From a virus: DNA of 64,000 nucleotides. The translations under genes and the position numbers were made by a program. The first letter of the stretch is position 1. Each line of letters opens with the position of its first letter. The notes beneath the pieces are model-generated. The model did no database searches. It was given only the letters and a program-made list of their open reading frames with translations, and was not told the DNA's origin. Location of the stretch: the IMG/VR virus record IMGVR_UViG_3300032224_000723, positions 64,001 to 128,000 of that record; one strand, 5' to 3'. Shown one piece after another: positions 56,497 to 64,000 of the stretch.

Positions 56497-57416
56497 CCTT
56501 CAGCCTTACGAATAATTTCCATTTCTGACACTGTGGTGCCTAAATTCTTCTGTACTTTACTATAGTGATGTTTAAAGAAACGACTTTGCTCCGCTGTCAT
56601 ATCTACTATGGGCAATGCTAGCCTTTGTTGTAATGTTTGTCCTAAACTTACACAAGCAGATTCAGTGTCTCGTTGGAATGAACTCCATAATGATGCCAAT
56701 TGATCAAAGTCTTGCACTAATCGATAATCCCATTCACGTAGCATTGTAAGATATGTCCCTAGCCTTGCGCCATATATGGCCCAGAATCCGTTGTCAACAT
56801 CCATGCCTACACTTTGCCATATACACAAGTGATCGTAGTTTCTAGCATGTACTTTTTGTTCAAATTCTTGCAGGCTAGGTTTCTTGCCTCGGTCCAAGCA
56901 CATCTTAACACCTTCGCGGAATCCTGCTCTCCATGCCTGAAAGGGTGTGGCATTGGGATAAGTTGTGCTGTAACAATCATGCATAGGAACGTATAATGGA
57001 TCAAAGCAAAACTCAACCACAGTTTCATCTCTACCATCTGTGTTTTCATGTGTACGCATGTTGTTAACAAAGTCTTTGGTCCAGCAACTAAGTCCACCGT
57101 TGCCGTACATTAATCCATTAATGTGGTTACGTGCTTTCCAACGGAACACACAATCTTTGTTATTGTCATTTAATTTTAATTGTAGATTAAAAAACTCAGG
57201 GTCAGGTATGTTGTCACCATCAATTAATACAAACCTATCTGTGTCACTGGCTGCTGCCGCGGCTTTGTGTGCGGCATCACTGCCTTTAACACCATCTACA
57301 CGTTTGGCCCATGGAACCATATTTTGAATCTTAATCCAAAATTCTTCCTTTTTAGGTTCGTCATAAGTTAAAAATATGCAGTCAAGATCTGCAATGTCAA
57401 TTAGTTCTTCTGTCAT
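56490..57416 (-). CDS. GT-A fold glycosyltransferase-like protein
   Basis: FLTYDEP, AAHKAAA, FVLIDGD (DxD), NGLMYG, WRAGFREG. Confidence 0.7.
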   Translation of the reverse strand: MTEELIDIADLDCIFLTYDEPKKEEFWIKIQNMVPWAKRVDGVKGSDAAHKAAAAASDTDRFVLIDGDNIPDPEFFNLQLKLNDNNKDCVFRWKARNHINGLMYGNGGLSCWTKDFVNNMRTHENTDGRDETVVEFCFDPLYVPMHDCYSTTYPNATPFQAWRAGFREGVKMCLDRGKKPSLQEFEQKVHARNYDHLCIWQSVGMDVDNGFWAIYGARLGTYLTMLREWDYRLVQDFDQLASLWSSFQRDTESACVSLGQTLQQRLALPIVDMTAEQSRFFKHHYSKVQKNLGTTVSEMEIIRKAEGW

Positions 57417-57750
57417 AATATTCTATATCTGGATATGTTTCATTTTCTTCGAGTAGCAATGCCGCATTATTTTTAACAACTCGGTAACCTTTATTACTTT
57501 TAATTAGACGTGAAACAAGTCCGTTATTTTGTACAATTTTTTCTAATACACCATTAACTACATGATACCTATAGTACATATCATATGTTTCTTTATCGAC
57601 CACAACATATTGGGTCGATTCTGGATGTTGTACCATAGTACACAAATAAATGTCACCCAATTCATTATAATGAAGACGATACTCTATGGGTTCATCCTCT
57701 GTTACAATCATTGAATTGAGTGCTTTAAGTAATTCCGATTCGCTGTTCAT
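57397..57750 (-). CDS. Hypothetical protein
   Basis: Overlapping ORF within the operon. Confidence 0.7.
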   Translation of the reverse strand: MNSESELLKALNSMIVTEDEPIEYRLHYNELGDIYLCTMVQHPESTQYVVVDKETYDMYYRYHVVNGVLEKIVQNNGLVSRLIKSNKGYRVVKNNAALLLEENETYPDIEYYDRRTN

Positions 57751-58585
57751 AGTATTTAATTATTTCATCTGTGGCAAAATTTTTATCAAAATAATGCACT
57801 GGGTAGTATTGATTTAAATTGTTAACCCTAATAATATCACCGTCAAATTCCCCAATAACTGAATCAGCCCATGATCTATTTTCATCCAGCCCGTTTATGC
57901 TAGATTTCATATGTACAAAATTGATAAAATCTGCACTGGGAATCGTGCAATGTTCTCTGCCAATGACTTCAGTGACTATTGCGTACAATACATCAGTGCT
58001 GGGTTTATCTTCTCTACAGTTCTTTAAAATTTGATCTTTTATTTCTAGCCAATTCAATGTTAATTGTTTTGCAAGCACAAAAAAATCTACCGCTGTTTTA
58101 CTATATCTAAAGTACATTAATCCATTGTAGACATCAGGTAAATTGTTGTCATCAAACAACTGCCTATATGTTCTAACATTGGACATTTTTCCAAGATAAT
58201 TTTTACAGCCCGTACTTAGTACAATATCTTTTAATCTAAATGTATTCCACCAATGATCAATACTTCTACCAAACAACAAATCACTTTCCAACTTAATTGT
58301 TTCTTTAAAAGGTGTTAACCAAAATACCTGCCATTCATTCGATAACTTCCAGTTGCTGTCCGGATCATTATAATCATCAGTTAGTTCTATCACATAGTCA
58401 AACACTTGCCTATGTTGATCTGTTACTAGTTGTGCTGTTGATTTGTCTACGATAACTGCATACTCGGCTGAAGGTTGTGTTGATTTTATGTTCATTGCCT
58501 GCAGGTATGCAAGTTTGAGATAGTCCACAGATTCTGTGTTTTGTGCAAAGGTTACAAAACCTCGTTGTGATTTATGCTGACTCAT
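57725..58585 (-). CDS. GT-A glycosyltransferase-like protein (GT8-like)
   Basis: TPFKETIKLESD, NGLMYF, TDVLYA, FVHMK. Confidence 0.65.
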   Translation of the reverse strand: MSQHKSQRGFVTFAQNTESVDYLKLAYLQAMNIKSTQPSAEYAVIVDKSTAQLVTDQHRQVFDYVIELTDDYNDPDSNWKLSNEWQVFWLTPFKETIKLESDLLFGRSIDHWWNTFRLKDIVLSTGCKNYLGKMSNVRTYRQLFDDNNLPDVYNGLMYFRYSKTAVDFFVLAKQLTLNWLEIKDQILKNCREDKPSTDVLYAIVTEVIGREHCTIPSADFINFVHMKSSINGLDENRSWADSVIGEFDGDIIRVNNLNQYYPVHYFDKNFATDEIIKYYEQRIGIT

Positions 58586-59396
58586 TACAAAACCCATCAA
58601 CAAAATATTCAAAGTCTCTGCTAGATAAAAACTTTTTATCCATTATGTGTATGTTTTGTTTAGCAACTACATCTGCAGATTCTTTATGTCTTAGGATAAT
58701 AAAATTATTTTTAATTTCAATTGATTCAATCCCTTGATCGACGGTGAGCATGGACCATGGGATACCCCTATGCTCGTTTAGATCATATCCATTTAAAATT
58801 AAATTGGCCATAGCAAATGCATGATCATTTCTATATGACCCCACACAATTAAATAATATAGAGTAATAAAGATAATTCTGTTGAATTCTACCAATTAAAT
58901 CAAAGTATTGTTTAGATAGTTCAGATTTGTTAAACAGAACCACAGTCGCCCATACAAAGGGTAGACCTAGTGTACCCATGATTTGATACATTTCTTCTTT
59001 TGGTCTATGACTATTGTGCATTAATCTGTAATCAAATTGTTGATCCAATAGATTTAATAAAGAATTATCCAGTACCAAATAGTCGCAGTCAAGTAAGATA
59101 GTAGTGTCGTATGGACTTAGCTCATATGCAAGGTACCTATCAAAATTACGCCACTCAACTAGTTCTCCACTGGAGCTGTTTCTAAGATTCCCTGTTTGAC
59201 TATCAACTTTAATCACACGGTCATAATTAAATTTTGGGTCTGCGTTGATATCTGTTATTAATGTTATTGGCAGTTTTAAATTAGCATCAATTAGTCTACT
59301 AGATTGATCTGCTATCTTTACATAATTTACTGTTGTCGAGTTAAATGCAAATACAACTACACCTTTAGATTTTTCTAATTCTTTTGAGTTCGTCAT
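58572..59396 (-). CDS. GT-A glycosyltransferase-like protein
   Basis: SPYDTTILLDCD (DxD), WATVVLF, RNDHAF, HIMDK. Confidence 0.7.
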   Translation of the reverse strand: MTNSKELEKSKGVVVFAFNSTTVNYVKIADQSSRLIDANLKLPITLITDINADPKFNYDRVIKVDSQTGNLRNSSSGELVEWRNFDRYLAYELSPYDTTILLDCDYLVLDNSLLNLLDQQFDYRLMHNSHRPKEEMYQIMGTLGLPFVWATVVLFNKSELSKQYFDLIGRIQQNYLYYSILFNCVGSYRNDHAFAMANLILNGYDLNEHRGIPWSMLTVDQGIESIEIKNNFIILRHKESADVVAKQNIHIMDKKFLSSRDFEYFVDGFCNESA

Positions 59397-59682
59397 GTTG
59401 TTGATGCCAAGTGTTCATAACTTTTTGATAATGCTGTTGGGCTGTTACTAAAAATATTTGCCGATCGATTTCTATGGGATTCTGATAAACATCTTCAAGA
59501 TATAATATATCTAATGGCCATGTTGCAACAAAGGCCAATAGTTCTGGAGAAATTTTGAAAAGACCATTGTTGTATGGTAAATGCAGATCTGTTTGTATTT
59601 TTTCTCTGAGCAATCTTTTATTTGATTGGTAATCAGTTGCTTGCTTGACTTGAGCCACTAAGTTTTTTAGATCAGTATTCAT
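59365..59682 (-). CDS. Hypothetical protein
   Basis: First gene of the coupled - strand block. Confidence 0.7.
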   Translation of the reverse strand: MNTDLKNLVAQVKQATDYQSNKRLLREKIQTDLHLPYNNGLFKISPELLAFVATWPLDILYLEDVYQNPIEIDRQIFLVTAQQHYQKVMNTWHQQHDELKRIRKI

Positions 59683-59688
59683 AGACAA

Positions 59689-59717
59689 ATAATAACATCT
59701 AATAGATCAAAAGTCAA
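59689..59717 (-). promoter_or_regulatory. Sigma70 promoter heading the glycosyltransferase/radical SAM block
   Basis: TTGACT-17-TATTAT (TGtTATTAT) on the - strand; ATG 6 nt downstream. Confidence 0.65.
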
Positions 59718-59735
59718 TTGATTTAATCTACCAAA

Positions 59736-60674
59736 TTATGCAATAGTAACTGCACCCCAGGTATTGGCTAAGAATGTGGTTGCTGGATAAATTACATCAA
59801 CTCGATGGTTTAATGTAACATTAATTGATTGATTGAATGTGACTGCTTTTGCGGCACTGGTCAAATCCACACCAAAGGAAAAAATTGTGCCGTTGTCTGA
59901 GTTACTACCTTGCACTCCATTGGTTTTTCCATATAAAATTATGTTATCACCAGTATATGTATATGTTGTGGCAGTAATCTGTGTTAATGCAACGTTGGAA
60001 GTGGTTCTAACATAATACCCTGTGTTCTGCAACAAATCAGTATTTAATGTTCCGCCGGTGCCAGTTCTCGCTGTGCAATCTTGTGCTGATACGTTTTTAC
60101 TTCCTAAATTATTTACAGCCAAAGTAATCATGTCAGCGCCACGAGTAGTAGCGCCAGTGTTTGTACCACTGATAAACACAAAGTTTAAAGATCCCCCGGC
60201 GTTCCAAAAATATCTAGCTGCATCTGCATTGGCAAAGGTTGCTGTTCGAGTTAATTGAAATGTTACTGCGGCTGTTTGTGCAGGAATAGTGAATACTGGG
60301 CTAAAAGTGGCACCTGTAACTGTTGTGCCGGCTGCTGCTGATGACAACCGACTACCAAATGCCGTAGATAAGTTTCCGCTAATATCATTGGTAGCATTAA
60401 TAATACCCCCTGCGGTATATGTACCAATATTAGCAAATCCCGCACCACTTTGATGTTTACGTACAGTATTAACAGCATTAACTAATGTAGTCCACTGTGT
60501 AGCTGTTATGTCAGTTGCTCCCGCAACGTTTGCTATAGTACCTTGCCCATAACCTGCGTTACCTTTGCCAATTGAATATACTGTGTTTATTTGACCATTA
60601 ACATTGGCGGCGGTATTACCAGCAAGAAAGTTATAATCACTTGATTGTATAAGGCCGCCGGAAGAGTATGTCAT
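59736..60674 (-). CDS. Virion structural protein (tail/fibre-associated), paralog B
   Basis: Thr/Ala/Gly/Asn-rich 312 aa; ARYFWNAGG; tandem paralog; next to a fibre gene. Confidence 0.6.
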   Translation of the reverse strand: MTYSSGGLIQSSDYNFLAGNTAANVNGQINTVYSIGKGNAGYGQGTIANVAGATDITATQWTTLVNAVNTVRKHQSGAGFANIGTYTAGGIINATNDISGNLSTAFGSRLSSAAAGTTVTGATFSPVFTIPAQTAAVTFQLTRTATFANADAARYFWNAGGSLNFVFISGTNTGATTRGADMITLAVNNLGSKNVSAQDCTARTGTGGTLNTDLLQNTGYYVRTTSNVALTQITATTYTYTGDNIILYGKTNGVQGSNSDNGTIFSFGVDLTSAAKAVTFNQSINVTLNHRVDVIYPATTFLANTWGAVTIA

Positions 60675-60683
60675 TTGGCCCCT

Positions 60684-61622
60684 TTATGCAATGGTAACTG
60701 CACCCCATGTATTGGCCAAAAATCCGCCAGCTGGGTATATAACATCAACCCTGTAGTTTAGTGTAACATCAACTTCTTGATTAAATGAGGATCCTCTGGC
60801 TCCAGTGGTTAAATCAACGCCAAAACTAACAACAGTTCCATTGTCTGCATTGGTGCCTTGTGCGCCGTTGGTTTTTGCATACAATTTAATGTTATCACCA
60901 GTATATGTGTATACTGTACTAGTTATATCTGTCAACGCCACATTACTGGTTGTTCTAACATAGTAGCCTGTATTTTGTAATAAGTCAGTGTTTAACGTAC
61001 CACCTGTACCAGTTCTTGCTGTACAGTCTTGCCCTGCTAGTTTTTTACTACCTAAATAATTAACAGCCAATGTAATTAAGTCAGCACTACGAGTGGTACT
61101 ATTATTATTGGTCCCGCTGATAAAAACAAAGTTTAATGCACCACCTGCATTAAAGAAATAACGGGCTCGGTCTGCACTGGCAAATGTTGCTGTTCGAGTT
61201 AGTTGGAATGTTTGTGATGAAGTTGTTGCAGCAAGAGTAAAATTTGAAGTATAAGTTGACCCAGTGGTAGTTGTTGTGGTATTGGCAGTTAATCGACTAC
61301 CGAATGCTGCGCTTAAATTTGATGCAAAATTGGTAGTGGCATTGACTAGTGTACCAGCAGTGTATGTACCTAAATTAGAAAATCCAGCACCACTTTGATG
61401 TTTACGTACAGTATTGAGAGCATTAACCAGTGTTGTCCATTGAGTTGCTGTTACAAGATTGGCGGCGGCTGTTACATTTGCTATTGCAGTTTGTCCGTAG
61501 CCTGCATTACCACTGCCTGTACTAAGTATGGTGTTGATTTGCCCATTTACGTTGGCCGTGCTACCACCAGCAAAATTATTATAGTCTGAAGCTTGAACTA
61601 AACTACCACTTGTATATGTCAT
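60684..61622 (-). CDS. Virion structural protein (tail/fibre-associated), paralog A
   Basis: Thr-rich 312 aa; ARYFFNAGG; tandem paralog. Confidence 0.6.
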   Translation of the reverse strand: MTYTSGSLVQASDYNNFAGGSTANVNGQINTILSTGSGNAGYGQTAIANVTAAANLVTATQWTTLVNALNTVRKHQSGAGFSNLGTYTAGTLVNATTNFASNLSAAFGSRLTANTTTTTTGSTYTSNFTLAATTSSQTFQLTRTATFASADRARYFFNAGGALNFVFISGTNNNSTTRSADLITLAVNYLGSKKLAGQDCTARTGTGGTLNTDLLQNTGYYVRTTSNVALTDITSTVYTYTGDNIKLYAKTNGAQGTNADNGTVVSFGVDLTTGARGSSFNQEVDVTLNYRVDVIYPAGGFLANTWGAVTIA

Positions 61623-61635
61623 TTTTTATTTCCAA

Positions 61636-63195
61636 TTAACTATTTAATTTAACAATAGCAGTTACTACACCTTCACCAATGGTTAATTTATCTTCTAAGC
61701 TGCGGCCAAGCACATTAAATGCTGTAATTTCTGATTTTGATCCTGCTCTTGCTAGGCCACTTCCTGCACTAACTAAACGGTCACCTTTTTTAATTTTGCC
61801 AATTACTCTAACTGGAACTCGACCGTTTACCGCAACCTGTGGGTGTGTGCTATTTGAACCAGCACTGCCGTTTAACAAGAATCCTGCATTAGTACTTATA
61901 ACGCCGAATACGTTTTCACTTAGTTCTTGATTTTCTATAGTTACTTCTGCACTTCCACCAATAGCCAAAACTGTTCCTGGAGAATAATCAGCATCTGCTT
62001 CAAACCTTTCTGCCAAGTCAGCGTAAAAAGATTGGATAGCAGTACCAATTAGATATGATGCATTAATATTACCACTAGTGATATAGTTTGCGGCTGTAAC
62101 GTTTCCGCTATAGATACCAGCCACAGCATTGACGTTGGCTGTTACCACTACATTGGCGGCTTTTACATTAGAGCTAAACACACCTTGACTGGCGTTAACA
62201 TTGGCACTAACTGTTACGTTTGCGGCTGTTACGTTACCAGTAGCCACAGCATTTGTAAACACGCCATTGGTTGCATTAACGTTACTGGATACCAATAAGT
62301 TTGCAGCCATTGTTACGTTTGATGTAGACCCGTCGATTAATATCGAGTTTACATAACTTCCCGCAGTATTTGCTCTAATCGCAATATTGGAATTATTAAC
62401 GGTATTGTTTAATTGGACAACGTTACCATTTAAGTTAAGATTAAATGTGGATGATGGCCCAACAGTCAATCCGCTAGCACTAGAAATAGTCACTGGTGCT
62501 GTGAATGTTGTATTAGTATCAGTTCTTGCATAACTAGCCGCTACAACACCGCCTAATTGGTCTGCTGTGTATGCAGTGCCCCAAACTTTGGTGTTAGCTA
62601 GTGTAGAGCTTAAATTTAATCCAGGATAAATTGTTGTGAATCCGCTGATAGTTGCAGATGGAGTATAAGAATCCTTGCTGAATATACCAACCAATGTACT
62701 AGATACATAAACGTTGACAGCAACGTGAGTTGCAAGATTACCTGCATTGTCTGATATAGAACCAACAATTGCACCTGATGTACCTTGGCTGGCAGTGGCC
62801 GCTGGTCCAATTAGTGCCCATCCTGCATTGGATGAGTAATTAGGATCGTATACATAGAACTGCTGGTTAACAGTATCCCACCAGCTATTGCCTGTCACTG
62901 CACTACTAGGTTTGGCGTTTGCGGCAGTTATACTACCTAAATTTTTAAATGCTGATCCAGTGTAAACTTTAAGGTTACCTGCGGTATCCCACCAAAGTTG
63001 GCCTGTTAAAGGAGTAGTAGGAGCAGTACTGTTACTAGCATTTTCTAATATGTGTACTAGATTGTCGTTTAAAAACGTACCGTATCCGGCATAATTTTTA
63101 CCAATCAGCGTCAATGACGTTGTGGTACTATTGATTGTACCATCTGCGATTGTAGCTAAAATATTGCCGTTTGTTAAATTTATCGTATATGCCAT
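61636..63195 (-). CDS. Tail fibre/baseplate-attached protein with C-terminal intramolecular-chaperone-like domain
   Basis: GQLWWD repeats; Asn-Val repeats; C-terminal YADLAE...GRVPVRV domain. Confidence 0.7.
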   Translation of the reverse strand: MAYTINLTNGNILATIADGTINSTTTSLTLIGKNYAGYGTFLNDNLVHILENASNSTAPTTPLTGQLWWDTAGNLKVYTGSAFKNLGSITAANAKPSSAVTGNSWWDTVNQQFYVYDPNYSSNAGWALIGPAATASQGTSGAIVGSISDNAGNLATHVAVNVYVSSTLVGIFSKDSYTPSATISGFTTIYPGLNLSSTLANTKVWGTAYTADQLGGVVAASYARTDTNTTFTAPVTISSASGLTVGPSSTFNLNLNGNVVQLNNTVNNSNIAIRANTAGSYVNSILIDGSTSNVTMAANLLVSSNVNATNGVFTNAVATGNVTAANVTVSANVNASQGVFSSNVKAANVVVTANVNAVAGIYSGNVTAANYITSGNINASYLIGTAIQSFYADLAERFEADADYSPGTVLAIGGSAEVTIENQELSENVFGVISTNAGFLLNGSAGSNSTHPQVAVNGRVPVRVIGKIKKGDRLVSAGSGLARAGSKSEITAFNVLGRSLEDKLTIGEGVVTAIVKLNS

Positions 63196-63215
63196 TGCAA
63201 TGTTTCCATTTTATA

Positions 63216-63223
63216 TATTTATG
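63216..63223 (-). promoter_or_regulatory. Late-type promoter motif CATAAATA
   Basis: In the gap upstream of the fibre gene. Confidence 0.55.
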
Positions 63224-63227
63224 TGCT

Positions 63228-63821
63228 TTACAGATTGCTACTCAAGTTAGTCAAAGTTTGAATTCTAACTGTGTAGTCAATTTGTATCAATCTATTCAAC
63301 GCTTTTTGCACAGGGTGAAAAATAACATGGGTTAGCAATTTTCCGCTAGAACTAAGCAAACCTAGCTCGTCAAAAACGTATGATCCCTGCATGGTGGAGC
63401 TATTATCAAATGCTTGTTGATCGCTGGGCTCTGCGTAATCTAGCAAGCAACTAACAAAAATATCAGTATAAATTAAACCTGGAGTATGTCTTATTTCTAA
63501 GTAATTTCTAGCAGGATCTAAGTTTAATGCACTGGTATTGTCTACAATTTTACTGTAAGTTTGATTATAAAGACTAGCATTTTGCCCAAAAGTATTAGTG
63601 GGCAAATATGTAATAACCCCAGTGCTGTCCACAGCAGTTGCACCGTTACCAAATGCCATACTTTGAATGGTACCTGTTCCTTTGTTGCCTAAACTTTGTG
63701 CTAATGCTTCACTCATATTTTCATAGTGGATAGCATTGGGCTTGTCCTGTAAAATTTCGCCGGTGACTGGATCCCAAATTTTAATGTGTCCTTGTACCAT
63801 TGTATTGTTTTTATCTAGCAT
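63228..63821 (-). CDS. Probable baseplate/tail structural protein
   Basis: MAFGNG, FDELGL, LLTHVIFHPVQK..IDYTVRI resembles baseplate/fibre-attachment proteins; start refined to 63821. Confidence 0.55.
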   Translation of the reverse strand: MLDKNNTMVQGHIKIWDPVTGEILQDKPNAIHYENMSEALAQSLGNKGTGTIQSMAFGNGATAVDSTGVITYLPTNTFGQNASLYNQTYSKIVDNTSALNLDPARNYLEIRHTPGLIYTDIFVSCLLDYAEPSDQQAFDNSSTMQGSYVFDELGLLSSSGKLLTHVIFHPVQKALNRLIQIDYTVRIQTLTNLSSNL

Positions 63822-63831
63822 ATTTGATCCA

Positions 63832-63978
63832 TTAATTTGCTGTTTGCACAATTACTTCACCAGTATCTGGGTCAGAAATTTTCACAAAGCCACGCACGTA
63901 AATTCCCGAAGATTCATCAGCTTTGGGCCTAGGCTCATTGGCTTCAACCTGTTCTTTTTGCTGCTTTTCTGAATCCAT
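63832..63978 (-). CDS. Small protein (48 aa, not in ORF track)
   Basis: MDSEKQ...GIYVRGFVKISDPDTGEVIVQTAN; GATAAATA at 63984-63991 just upstream. Confidence 0.65.
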   Translation of the reverse strand: MDSEKQQKEQVEANEPRPKADESSGIYVRGFVKISDPDTGEVIVQTAN

Positions 63979-64000
63979 ATGGTTATTTATCACTGTTTTT

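Noticed and set aside
59736-61622. Tandem paralogs as a diversity-generating retroelement template/variable repeat pair
   Set aside because: Both are full ORFs, differences are not adenine-specific, and there is no reverse transcriptase in the window.
327-63972. Many 60-160 aa ORFs in the track that lie antisense or out-of-frame inside long genes
   Set aside because: They sit within motif-bearing genes, lack SD or coupling and show no motifs; they are shadow ORFs.
1-64000. tRNA/rRNA genes and stop-codon reassignment
   Set aside because: No cloverleaf or T-loop signature was seen in the short intergenic gaps, and genes are full length under the standard code.

Overview
This 64 kb window is from a large lytic dsDNA tailed phage with T4-like (myovirus-type) gene organisation and the standard genetic code. 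I saw no tRNA, rRNA, CRISPR array or integrase. The + strand (1-40.9 kb) carries replication and nucleotide genes: family B DNA polymerase, a probable sliding clamp, RNase H-like 5'-3' nuclease, DHFR, ThyA and a MazG-like protein. It also carries a 7-deazaguanine DNA-modification pathway (DpdA-like transglycosylase, FolE, QueD, QueE and a second QueD-like T-fold protein; no QueC in the window) interleaved with sugar-tailoring enzymes, a ParB-like/HNH pair, an early region built from repeated sigma70 promoter cassettes, and a MoxR AAA+/VWA-metallopeptidase pair. The - strand (40.9-64 kb) runs from tail/baseplate genes into a ~19 kb tightly coupled block of glycosyltransferases, seven radical SAM enzymes with an N-terminal auxiliary Cys domain, a carbamoyltransferase, a 2OG-Fe(II) oxygenase, an SGNH protein and dCMP deaminase. 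The strongest novelty candidates are three. (1) The radical-SAM/glycosyltransferase array next to Asn/Ser/Thr-rich fibre genes may modify virion proteins. (2) The QueC-less deazaguanine pathway with embedded glycosylation and redox enzymes may make a new DNA base. (3) A pseudoknot plus SD-sequestering hairpin upstream of queD looks like a riboswitch. All protein calls come from motifs recognised by eye; no database searches were run.
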